Assembly (NCBI GenBank): GCA_902520595.1
Contig: CABYOM010000003.1
Coordinates: 1-62,569, forward strand
Origin: an uncultured Candidatus Poseidoniales archaeon
GTDB taxonomy: Archaea > Thermoplasmatota > Poseidoniia > Poseidoniales > Poseidoniaceae
DNA length: 62,569 bases
Direction: 5' to 3'
Under the pieces are notes generated by a model. That model did not search any database. It was not told where the DNA came from and saw only the letters and a program-made list of their open reading frames with translations. Made by a program: the position numbers and the translations under genes. This document shows, one piece after another, positions 9,161-18,205 of this stretch. The first letter of the stretch is position 1; every line of letters starts with the position of its first letter.

Positions 9161-9967
9161 ATGGACCCGAAAGCACCTCGAATTGCTACGGCGTCTCTCA
9201 TACTTGGCGCCATTACGTGGATTTTAGCTGTTGTTAGTTTTGCCCTCAATCTCGGACTTGAGGACGGCTACGGTATCGAAGAGGTTCTTCTCAGTGTCAT
9301 AGGGGGTATCTTTTTTCTGGTTTCTTTTTTAGCATTCCGACCCCGTGAAGAAATGAAAATGATTGAATCGCTCTCGGTCGAAGAACAGTTTGCAGCAATC
9401 GAATCCTTGCCTACCAAATACAATCAGGCTTCAACCCAGACTGACCAGTTTGGCTTCGAAACACCTCAAGTATCTACAAATTCTCAAGCTGTAATCGCAT
9501 CGATTTTGGGTCAAAGCCGGCATACGGACGCAAATGAAATCAGTTCAGCGATGGCCGCGCTTTCATCCGGTGAATCCGGTAAATTAGCTGCTGAATCCGC
9601 TCAAAATAATCCTGCACCTCATGCCCAAACAGATCAATTCCGTGAAGTTTTCAAAGCCTCCACGACCACTGAGAAAGGCTTTGAAAGAATGAAAGTCGAA
9701 AACATCCCATTACCGGGTCAAGGTGACGTCTCGGCAACTCCAGATCTGCCCTGGCATCAACCTGAACATGAGTTTCAAACCTCAGGAGTTGATCACGTCC
9801 CGTTGCCGGGTGCGGCTGTAAAGAATTCAAAAGTCGGAGAAGTAGAAGAGGCAGAAGAAGTCGTTCCCACCATGCCGAATCTTGATGATTTGTTGAGCGA
9901 AGTATCTCCTAAAACGGTAGAAATACCTTCAGCGCCGAGTCTTCCAAATCTTGATGATTTGTTTTGA
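9161..9967 (+). CDS. Hypothetical membrane protein with long acidic low-complexity tail
   Basis: Two N-terminal TM segments; repeated PLPG and PNLDDL motifs. Confidence 0.75.
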   Translation: MDPKAPRIATASLILGAITWILAVVSFALNLGLEDGYGIEEVLLSVIGGIFFLVSFLAFRPREEMKMIESLSVEEQFAAIESLPTKYNQASTQTDQFGFETPQVSTNSQAVIASILGQSRHTDANEISSAMAALSSGESGKLAAESAQNNPAPHAQTDQFREVFKASTTTEKGFERMKVENIPLPGQGDVSATPDLPWHQPEHEFQTSGVDHVPLPGAAVKNSKVGEVEEAEEVVPTMPNLDDLLSEVSPKTVEIPSAPSLPNLDDLF

Positions 9968-10011
9968 TTGAACTCCATAGTTCAATAGAGGTCGGGCTCT
10001 TGGGACATTAC

Positions 10012-10911
10012 ATGTGGACTGAAAAGTTTGACCTTCACAGCCATTCCACAAACAGTGATGGCCAACATTCAGTTAACGAAGTTGCTCGGATGATGGCAGA
10101 CTCCAATGTCGATTTTTGGTCACTCACAGACCATGACACAATCTCTGGTTGGGAGGGAGCGAAAAACGCCGCTGAAGCTGAAGGTATCGTCTTTATTCCC
10201 GGCGTCGAATTGACCTGTATGCCGGGGTTAGAGCCGAATGCGGATGTGATGAAAAAGCATCAACGAGAGCGTGCCTCAGATGCATGGCACCTGTTAGCGT
10301 ATTTCCCGAACATGGTTTTTCAGAGTGAGCAACACCTGAATTTCAAGAATTGGCTTGCCCCTCTCGGCGAAGGCAGAGTCCCCCGCATGGTGGCTATGGT
10401 TGAGAAATTAGCGGAACTTGGAATTTCCATTGACTTCGATGCAGTTCTCGCTCGAGCAGGAGATTCGGTCGGTCGACCTCACTTGGCTGATGAGATGGTT
10501 AAGCAAGGGTATGTTCAAGATCGACAGGAAGCCTTTGACAAATGGATTGGTGATGGCAAACCCGTTCACATTTCTCGCGAGAAGCCAAGTATAGTTGAAG
10601 CGTGCGAAGCAGTGCATGCAGCCGGCGGAATTACTTCTCTTGCCCACCCGTTGTACTACTGTGTGGATACTGACGAATTGATGATTTTTTGCCGTGATTC
10701 AGGGGTTGATGCAATCGAATGTTTCCATCGAAGTCATCGTGACTCATACCGTTTACAATTGTGGTCTGCTGCTAAAGAAGCCTCTCTTGGCACGACTTGT
10801 GGATCCGACTTTCACGGAATGAAGTATAATCAAAGTCCGGGACGCATGGCTGTTCCAACCTCAACATTGCCCCTTCAGTTGAAGGATGCACTTACTGCTC
10901 TTGGCGCGTGA
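10012..10911 (+). CDS. PHP domain metal-dependent phosphoesterase (TrpH/YciV-like)
   Basis: DLHSHSTNSDG, LTDHDT, GVE, HLLAY, GRPHLA, LAHP, GSDFHG. Confidence 0.93.
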   Translation: MWTEKFDLHSHSTNSDGQHSVNEVARMMADSNVDFWSLTDHDTISGWEGAKNAAEAEGIVFIPGVELTCMPGLEPNADVMKKHQRERASDAWHLLAYFPNMVFQSEQHLNFKNWLAPLGEGRVPRMVAMVEKLAELGISIDFDAVLARAGDSVGRPHLADEMVKQGYVQDRQEAFDKWIGDGKPVHISREKPSIVEACEAVHAAGGITSLAHPLYYCVDTDELMIFCRDSGVDAIECFHRSHRDSYRLQLWSAAKEASLGTTCGSDFHGMKYNQSPGRMAVPTSTLPLQLKDALTALGA

Positions 10912-11716
10912 GTGTATCAAGAATGAGGGCAGCCTCGAACAAAATAATCACTGGCATAGCAACCAAAAACAGCGATAGCGGGTCTGGTGGAGAAAGTAAT
11001 GCTCCAAGTAAAAAAGCGCTGAACCATATGTGGCGGCGATACGAGCGAACAGTTGTTCTGCGAACGATTTTCAGTCGTAGAATGAGGGTAGTGACTAACG
11101 GGGCTTGAAACCCGATCCCAGAAGCGACCGCTAGGTTTGAAATGAATCCGGTATAACTGGTAAGCCTCCATTCAGTTGACAATCCTGCAGCCTGCGCGTC
11201 GGTTGTCAAGTACTCGAGAAGCATTGGGATAAGCCATTTCCAGGCATACGTGACTCCACTTGTCAAAAGAAGAAATGCGACGATGCACGTCACAATCAGC
11301 GTACTATTCGGACGTGGAGATTGAACTTTGAGTTCCGCCAGGCGTTGTCGAACGGCCAAGTTTTTACTGGCTCGCCAACCACCATCAGCCACGAGTACAA
11401 TTACCATGCAAACCAAACCAATCTGAGCAGCAAGTTGGACTTGAAGCAGAATAAATTCAACAGGACTAATCACAATAATGTCAACGTTTTCAGGCAACCG
11501 AGTTGGGTCAATAAGCCACGAGATGAATCTCTTTGTCAGTGGAAAAGTAGCGATGAAGCCGACACTAAATACCACTGCAAGCATCTTGATTCTCTTTCTT
11601 AAGTACGTGCGTAATGAGACAAGAATCTCACCGCCAGGTGAATCAAACAACTCGTCAACAGCATTGACCAGCCCTTCTGCCTCTGCCATTGATGTATGCA
11701 GAGGGCTGGCCCTCAT
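10892..11716 (-). CDS. tatC: Twin-arginine translocase subunit TatC
   Basis: SPVEF, GIGFQAPLV, YRRH, GALLSPPDPLSLFLVAMPVIILFE. Start may be 11689. Confidence 0.9.
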   Translation of the reverse strand: MRASPLHTSMAEAEGLVNAVDELFDSPGGEILVSLRTYLRKRIKMLAVVFSVGFIATFPLTKRFISWLIDPTRLPENVDIIVISPVEFILLQVQLAAQIGLVCMVIVLVADGGWRASKNLAVRQRLAELKVQSPRPNSTLIVTCIVAFLLLTSGVTYAWKWLIPMLLEYLTTDAQAAGLSTEWRLTSYTGFISNLAVASGIGFQAPLVTTLILRLKIVRRTTVRSYRRHIWFSAFLLGALLSPPDPLSLFLVAMPVIILFEAALILDTLTRQEQ

Positions 11717-11737
11717 AACACAAACTCATCACCAATG

Positions 11738-13195
11738 TCATTCTTGTTCCCAAAGATGTGAAGGTGTTGAGTCGTAGAATCTTCGATTGTATTTCTTCAA
11801 TCTCCGTATGCGATTAAAAACAAAACCAGTCATCCATAGGGATGCTAGTGAGAGGAATATCGCTTGCCCCATCAGGTCCTCTTGATAATCGTTTAGGATA
11901 CGAACTTGAATCACATCACCGGAATCAGAATCACTCGGATTATGCATCATGATGTAATGGTATACTTTTGGCGACTCGATGACTAATTGCAGTGTCGATT
12001 CAGGTTCAACAGTGAAGACCTCTCCAAGACTTCGGGCAATACTCCAGTCTATGGAACCGTTTTCCATTATTGGAGGCGCAAGGTCCACCATGATGAAAAC
12101 AACTTCCAGAGTAAGTGTGTCATCAAGATTCGTCACGTTTGAGTGAACTTGCATTCCTGGATCAAATTTTTGAATTATTTCAAATCTCGAATCCTCAGGT
12201 CCAAGTTGGAACGATACCCTCTCATCGACCGTTTCGGTTTGAACTTGAACTGCCATGAGGATGGTCGTGAGCATGAGCAAGGTGACGATTCCTTCGACCA
12301 ACAAATGTTGGCGAACTTTTTTACGCGTGAATCCCTTGAAGAAACTCCCATGGTCATTTCTTAATCGAGGTTGTAAATGATGAATGAATAATGCTCCTAT
12401 TCCTCCAATGATCATACCCAAGGGGATGTCAATAAGCCAGTGTATTCCAAGATACAATATCGTGAATGTGAAAAGAATGGTATTGATAAGAATAAACATA
12501 TGATAGCGATAGTGACGCCATTCCTTCAGAGTGATGCCTTTTTCTTTTACGTGCAGATAGTTGAGGAGTAGGATTCCGAACGGAATTGCAACATGGAGAG
12601 AAGGAACAGCATTGTCTAAAGGATCGTGAGTTGCATAAAATACACTATACCATCCTTCGTGGTAGAGAAGAGATTCCATTCCAGGAATCCAAGAAGATGT
12701 GACTTCAACATTGAAAAATAGATAGTAGGGAACTGCAAGTGCATAAATCAGTAAATAATTCAAGGTGACCTTATCGGTCATATCTCGATCACCAGTATAA
12801 GCAAAGTATACTGTAGTAACGTAAATTAAAAACAGATAAATGAAAAGGTAATGGAAATTGAGAAACGCTGTCAGCGTATCATTGAGGAAAAATTGTTGAA
12901 TGTGAAAAGTAAGTTCTCCTTCAAATCCATACACTGCTTCAGTCCAGTGCCCAGTCTGAGTTTTGATTGGTTCATTCAACTTATCCGTGAGCGCCTTCCA
13001 CCGGATAATGACGAGATATCCCATTGCGTGAAGGTAAAATCGCTGGTCATGGATGACTTGCAACCATTTCTTGAAAGGGGTTCTCATTGAAGGGTCGTGA
13101 AAGGTAAAAACCCAACAAATGAACGGAGTGAGAAGTAAGATGAGACCCATCATGGTTTGGTAAGGGTCCATAATGTCGCGATACAGATGAGCCAT
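11738..13195 (-). CDS. PAP2-superfamily membrane protein (inositolphosphotransferase Aur1/Ipt1-like) with C-terminal extracytoplasmic domain
   Basis: Multiple TM helices; NAVPSLHVA and YLGIHWLID motifs. Confidence 0.75.
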   Translation of the reverse strand: MAHLYRDIMDPYQTMMGLILLLTPFICWVFTFHDPSMRTPFKKWLQVIHDQRFYLHAMGYLVIIRWKALTDKLNEPIKTQTGHWTEAVYGFEGELTFHIQQFFLNDTLTAFLNFHYLFIYLFLIYVTTVYFAYTGDRDMTDKVTLNYLLIYALAVPYYLFFNVEVTSSWIPGMESLLYHEGWYSVFYATHDPLDNAVPSLHVAIPFGILLLNYLHVKEKGITLKEWRHYRYHMFILINTILFTFTILYLGIHWLIDIPLGMIIGGIGALFIHHLQPRLRNDHGSFFKGFTRKKVRQHLLVEGIVTLLMLTTILMAVQVQTETVDERVSFQLGPEDSRFEIIQKFDPGMQVHSNVTNLDDTLTLEVVFIMVDLAPPIMENGSIDWSIARSLGEVFTVEPESTLQLVIESPKVYHYIMMHNPSDSDSGDVIQVRILNDYQEDLMGQAIFLSLASLWMTGFVFNRIRRLKKYNRRFYDSTPSHLWEQE

Positions 13196-13278
13196 ATAAG
13201 CCAGTATGATTCATTTATAGAGGAACCACCCTTTCCAAATGATAGGTCTTAGAAGGGAACGCTCCATGGGTTGACTCA

Positions 13279-14436
13279 GTGACGTCAATGTGGCAACAGC
13301 CTCCCGAGAACACACTTGAAAGTCTCCGTCATGCAATCCTGCACAATGACGGTATCGAGTTTGATGTGCGCCTGACTCGAGACCAAGAGTTGGTTGTTCA
13401 CCACGATGTGAAAATCTCGGTTCCTAAAGCGAAGCGACCACATTCCCTTGCGTGGACTGAGAATCATACTCTTGATGAATTGACATCACAAGGTTTCATC
13501 TCTTTCCGTTCGTTACTTGAAGATACGCAGCTTCGTTCAGAATGGGTCGAAAACGGAAAGATGGGTTGTATCGAATTCAAGAGGCCCCACCCTCGTGCAC
13601 TGTATGGAGGTGGATTTTTTGGTAAGAAACAACACATATCGCATGTTTCTATGATGATGGAAAAGACAGAAACGATTCTTCAAGAGTTTGAAGTACCTTC
13701 TGAAAATACGGTATTTTACTCCTTTCATACCGGTATGAAATCGTCTATTCAGTCTTCTAAAATTCAACGCCCTTGGGCAGAATTGGTCCCTTATGTACCT
13801 CCTTTTGGCAATTATTATACCAAAAGAATGAGATCTGGCACTCAATTTTTATTCACGTCTCTCGCTCGCCTTATTGAATCTCATCGACGTTCTGGAGCAT
13901 CGATGTCTCCCTGTGCAATTGAATATTTTTTGCCTCCGAAAAGCTTGATTCCGCTGGGTTTTTCTGGCGGACTACACGGCTCAAAAGCGGCAAGGTTGAG
14001 CGCTCAGCAACGTGGTTTTCCAATCTATGTGTGGCCAACATCACTTCATGTTGAACATGATCTACTTTCTGCAGGCCTTACTGGACTTACTGATTGTTCA
14101 GATCCAAATATGACCTGGCTACCATCTGGTCATGCACGCTGGACTCAACCAGGAACTCGCCCTTTAGATGCAACACAACAACAGAAACTTGACCTTGCCA
14201 CTCAGGAAAATCATCTTGACATCTTGCGCGAACTCAAATCGGAAACATGTCCATGGAGGGAATGTGATAATGAACGTAGAAAGGATTTAGTCGATATGTG
14301 GAGGAAAAAATGGCAATGGGAAAATCCAACAACTCAAATTCTTGAACAGGCAGGCGGTTCATCTCCTCCGTGGGAATCAATACGATTGATTGGTCATCGA
14401 GGTTCAGGTAAAACCTCTCGGCCAGTCTTCAAATGA
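13279..14436 (+). CDS. Glycerophosphodiester phosphodiesterase family protein, apparently circularly permuted
   Basis: PENTL...GIEFDVRLTRDQELVVHHD at the N-terminus; IEFK; LIGHRGSG at the extreme C-terminus. Confidence 0.85.
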   Translation: MTSMWQQPPENTLESLRHAILHNDGIEFDVRLTRDQELVVHHDVKISVPKAKRPHSLAWTENHTLDELTSQGFISFRSLLEDTQLRSEWVENGKMGCIEFKRPHPRALYGGGFFGKKQHISHVSMMMEKTETILQEFEVPSENTVFYSFHTGMKSSIQSSKIQRPWAELVPYVPPFGNYYTKRMRSGTQFLFTSLARLIESHRRSGASMSPCAIEYFLPPKSLIPLGFSGGLHGSKAARLSAQQRGFPIYVWPTSLHVEHDLLSAGLTGLTDCSDPNMTWLPSGHARWTQPGTRPLDATQQQKLDLATQENHLDILRELKSETCPWRECDNERRKDLVDMWRKKWQWENPTTQILEQAGGSSPPWESIRLIGHRGSGKTSRPVFK

Positions 14437-14438
14437 AG

Positions 14439-15605
14439 TCATTTAACGTGGCGAAGATTTTGACCTTCAGCGATGTATTTTGGCCTGTAAATTGGAAGGC
14501 CTTTCCCGTCACGGAATACGCTTCTTTCATCAACGATTTGGGCACCAATTCCAGAAACTCGAGCCCATCCGAAGAACGTAGTGTAGTAGGTTGGATCTGT
14601 CAAGCCAGCATGATGTAAAAGCGCACCACTGGCGATATCGACATTGGCATTTGGATTACTGATTTTCGGGTTCTCTGCCAACACCCGAGGTGCCACTTCT
14701 CGCAGAGTTGTAATAATCTTGAAATTTTCGTCCTCGGGGCAAATTTGTGAACCCAATTCAAATTGAACAGTAGCACGGGGATCTTCTGAGCGAAGAACTG
14801 CATGGCCAAATCCAAAGATTGGACGGTTCGCTGCCAGTTCTGCTCGAACGAATGCTTCGACCTCGACTGGATCGCTGGTACCCACCTTCAAGACGAACTC
14901 TAAACAAGATTGGTTTGCCCGTCCATGCAGAGGTCCAGACAGTGCATTCATCGCACCGGCCATAGCTGAATAGACCGTAGCCTTACTCGATGCAATCGCC
15001 TTGCCAGTAAAAGTCGACAGGTTTCCACCTCCATGGTCCATGTGAAGAACAAGGTAGGTCGAAACGATTCTCTTCATTTTTTCAGTATCTGCATTTGGCA
15101 AATCAAGGCATTGGATGAAGCGTTCAACCATTGAGAGCGAAGTGTCATCATTTGGGATATTTTCTTCACGGCCCTCTCGTATTCTAAAGATGAGTCCCAT
15201 TAGGCGGGGCATTCGTGCGATGAGATTGAAAGCATCATCTTTCCAATTATTGGTAGTCTCAAACATTCCAAGAGTGTGGATACCAACGCTCAGCCAGTCC
15301 ATTGGATGGCCCGATTTAGGGAGGGCTTTGAGTACAGATTCGAGGTCACCTGGAACAGCAGCACGATTTGATAGGTCTTGGCGAATTGCCGCTGATTGCT
15401 CTTCATCCGGTAATTCTTTGTTAAACAAGAGGTATATGATATCCTCGGGGTCAAATGCTGCGAGTTCTGCAATTGGGTAGCCGCAGTAGTGAACGCCTTC
15501 AGAAGGCGTGACAAACGAAGTGCGACACGTGCCTACAGGAATTCCTCGTAGACCTGTGTTGAGGTGCTTTTCAGTCACCTCCAAAAGCACCTCGTTCTTG
15601 GTCAT
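14439..15605 (-). CDS. gltA: Citrate synthase (eukaryote-like subfamily)
   Basis: HPM, DHGGGNLST, GPLHGRAN, GFGHAVLRSEDPR, NVD, IYRP. Start set at MTKNEV, preceded by GGAG. Confidence 0.92.
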   Translation of the reverse strand: MTKNEVLLEVTEKHLNTGLRGIPVGTCRTSFVTPSEGVHYCGYPIAELAAFDPEDIIYLLFNKELPDEEQSAAIRQDLSNRAAVPGDLESVLKALPKSGHPMDWLSVGIHTLGMFETTNNWKDDAFNLIARMPRLMGLIFRIREGREENIPNDDTSLSMVERFIQCLDLPNADTEKMKRIVSTYLVLHMDHGGGNLSTFTGKAIASSKATVYSAMAGAMNALSGPLHGRANQSCLEFVLKVGTSDPVEVEAFVRAELAANRPIFGFGHAVLRSEDPRATVQFELGSQICPEDENFKIITTLREVAPRVLAENPKISNPNANVDIASGALLHHAGLTDPTYYTTFFGWARVSGIGAQIVDERSVFRDGKGLPIYRPKYIAEGQNLRHVK

Positions 15606-15704
15606 AGAATCTCCGCCGATTTCACCCACATACATCTTTCGTATAAAGGCGGCTCTTCTATAATCAATACTTTCCAACCCGTTCCCAAGTGCGCAGAAAC
15701 GGTC

Positions 15705-16172
15705 TTAGTTTCGATTCCACGCTGGCCATGAACGGAATCCCTTTGTCGATTCACGGTCAGCAAAGACATGGATGCGTATAGTCTCACCGTCGATGAGTAT
15801 GGCATCGTCTGTCGTTAGTCCGGGGCATTCTTCTTTGACCTTCTTCCAAGCACGTTCAGTCGCTAGATTTTCACTCCACCACGGAAATGCTGCACACTGC
15901 TGTGGTCGAACTGAATAAATTGAGCACTGCTTGTTATCGTCGAGATAAATACAAACATCATCGACCGATCGACTCTTCAAAACATATCGTCCATCAAGTG
16001 TTTGTCGGCAATCTCGTTCCAACCAGTCTTCAACGCTCATCTCATGACTTTGAGATATTCTTTCGGCATCACGCGGTGAAAGGTAGACTATTCCCCCTGG
16101 TTCATCACAGCACCTTCCACATCCTTCTTGGCAGGAAAATCCGACGCCTTTCATCCACCATGGGCCTCTCAT
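15705..16172 (-). CDS. YkgJ/UPF0153 family cysteine-cluster protein (CxxCxxCC)
   Basis: FSCQEGCGRCC, CIYLDDNKQCSIYSVRPQQCAAFPWW, CPG. Confidence 0.9.
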   Translation of the reverse strand: MRGPWWMKGVGFSCQEGCGRCCDEPGGIVYLSPRDAERISQSHEMSVEDWLERDCRQTLDGRYVLKSRSVDDVCIYLDDNKQCSIYSVRPQQCAAFPWWSENLATERAWKKVKEECPGLTTDDAILIDGETIRIHVFADRESTKGFRSWPAWNRN

Positions 16173-18205
16173 TCTTCTTCACCTGGGACGAGTGTTGTGA
16201 CCTTTGTTTTTTGAGCGAGGCGTATCAGTCGAGTGTCTTCTTGGTCATTTAGTAAGTCCAACATGTCTACACTTCTCGCATCAATATTCCATTCACCTTC
16301 TGGCTCGTGACTTTCGAAAGATTCGTTGACCGAATCCGTTTTGCGCCGACCAACTTTACGACGAGTTTTGGTTTGAAGTCCATCCGGTTCCATATCAGGC
16401 CATGGCTCACGTTCAGGGTCAAATTCGGTCAGACTCTGTTCCATTGAACGCAGTTCATCGGCAATTGAGATCAGTTCATCCATAGATGCATCAGGTGTGC
16501 GCTCAGACAGATTAACTAACTTATGCTCAATGTTTGCAAGCTGCATCGAACTCTCTCGGAGTTCCATTTCAAAAGCATTGATCTGAGAATCAAAGGCTTC
16601 GTCTAATTCTGTAAGGACATCAGCAGCAAGTCCGTAATCACGTTGCTCAATTTTTCCTTTACGGGCGATGAGGTGCTCTTCCCGCTCATGTAAAGCGAGG
16701 ACAGAAGGTGCGGCAGGGGTTGTATCTTCAAGTGCTAATTTTAGGTGAGCAGCATGCCGTTCATCAGCCTGTTTCCTCATCAAATCAATGTCCAAATCAG
16801 GAGGCTGATATGCATCATCGCCGATCTCTGGAAGTTCAGAATACAAATCGATTCCACCATGAACGGTGTCACTGTAAACAGTGTCTACAGCAGTTGAGAT
16901 TAGACGTGCAGCAATATCTTCGACTTTTTCTTGAACGCTCGGAGTAACTTCTGTATTTTCCAAAGATTGATCTGAAAGAAGTGCATACACATCTTGGCCA
17001 TCAACAATCTCTTGTCCAGAGTCAACAGCGAGGGCGACTAAATCGAAATTCGCTTTTGTTGCCCGCCATCCTATATCGTCTTGCAAGACAATGCTTTTCA
17101 GTTGAGCATCGTCAAAAATGAAACCCTTCTTTTGTGCCAAACTTCGAGCATAGAGGATCATACTCGCAACTTTTGGACTCCCGATTTTTACTGCTGCTGC
17201 ATGACGCGTTAATTCCCACAGTCGAGAAGTTGGCCAGGTATCCGGTTCTGATTGTGAGGAAAGTAAAACGTGAACTCCCATGTTCAGCGCATAATCGACC
17301 ATCGTTCCGATTTCATGGGCGAGGTCAGCATTATCTGCACATTCGTGAATGTCATCGATAGCTAGCAATCGAGCATTCACCAGTGTATCCTGCCAACCTA
17401 ATGGTAACTGGTCCATTCCAAAAAAATCAGTTGCCGACAATAAGTAGACACCGCCTTCTTGGCGACGTAAAACGGCCTGAGATATGGCGTGGAGAAGGTG
17501 CGAGCGGCCGGTTTCAGAGGGGCCGATAAACAGCATTGGGTTGAGTTGGCCCCCAGGTGAATCAACGATTGCTTCAGCAGCTTGCGTAGCACGAATGTTT
17601 TCATCGGTGGTGAACCACTGTTTGAAACTCATACGAATATCCGAACGCAAGCGAGTAGGCCATTGTCCTTCTGTAGGGACGACGACTTCATGGTGGTAAG
17701 GTGATGATCTATCTACAGGTGCTATTTCTGCTGGCAATGCGTGACTCACTCGCCCCCGTTGCTCATCGAGTATACGCTCCCAGACAGGTCGCCCATCCAC
17801 TTCCAATCCCAAAAATCCAATCTCCTCTTCCTCGACTATCTCTTCGAGCTGGTCGTAGGTTCGTTTCCGTAAGGAGCGTATTCTACGAGCAGCAATGTCA
17901 GACAGGGAATCTCCATTGGAGCGTAAATCAAGGGCAGGTGACCTGCGCTTGCTCTCTTTGCCCAAGACCTTATCAGCAACTAAATCAAAAGTTGGCCGTT
18001 GAGCGACACCGGTTCTCTGCAGAAGAGTGCTGCCCCGTTGGTCCGTAACATCCTTTCCAAGTAATCTGTTCATCTTTGATTTTGGACGAGATTTTTCTTC
18101 ATTTTTTGGAGGAGTCGATACGCGGTTAATACCTGAATCGGATTGATCAAGCCGTTGTTTCGCTAGCTCAAGAGCGAGGGCTAATTTTTCTCGGCGAGCA
18201 CTCAT
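16169..18205 (-). CDS. DnaA/Hda-like AAA+ domain protein with degenerate motifs, basic N-terminus and acidic coiled-coil C-terminus
   Basis: SFKQWFTTDENIRATQAAEAIVDSPGGQLNPMLFIGPSETGRSHLLHAI and LLAIDDIH align by eye to DnaA domain III. No domain IV signature seen. Confidence 0.8.
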   Translation of the reverse strand: MSARREKLALALELAKQRLDQSDSGINRVSTPPKNEEKSRPKSKMNRLLGKDVTDQRGSTLLQRTGVAQRPTFDLVADKVLGKESKRRSPALDLRSNGDSLSDIAARRIRSLRKRTYDQLEEIVEEEEIGFLGLEVDGRPVWERILDEQRGRVSHALPAEIAPVDRSSPYHHEVVVPTEGQWPTRLRSDIRMSFKQWFTTDENIRATQAAEAIVDSPGGQLNPMLFIGPSETGRSHLLHAISQAVLRRQEGGVYLLSATDFFGMDQLPLGWQDTLVNARLLAIDDIHECADNADLAHEIGTMVDYALNMGVHVLLSSQSEPDTWPTSRLWELTRHAAAVKIGSPKVASMILYARSLAQKKGFIFDDAQLKSIVLQDDIGWRATKANFDLVALAVDSGQEIVDGQDVYALLSDQSLENTEVTPSVQEKVEDIAARLISTAVDTVYSDTVHGGIDLYSELPEIGDDAYQPPDLDIDLMRKQADERHAAHLKLALEDTTPAAPSVLALHEREEHLIARKGKIEQRDYGLAADVLTELDEAFDSQINAFEMELRESSMQLANIEHKLVNLSERTPDASMDELISIADELRSMEQSLTEFDPEREPWPDMEPDGLQTKTRRKVGRRKTDSVNESFESHEPEGEWNIDARSVDMLDLLNDQEDTRLIRLAQKTKVTTLVPGEEE

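Noticed and set aside
16169..18205. Bona fide bacterial dnaA, implying bacterial origin or contamination
   Set aside because: It has no domain IV, a degenerate Walker A, no dnaN/recF/gyrB context and no DnaA-box cluster seen. The flanking genes are archaeal.
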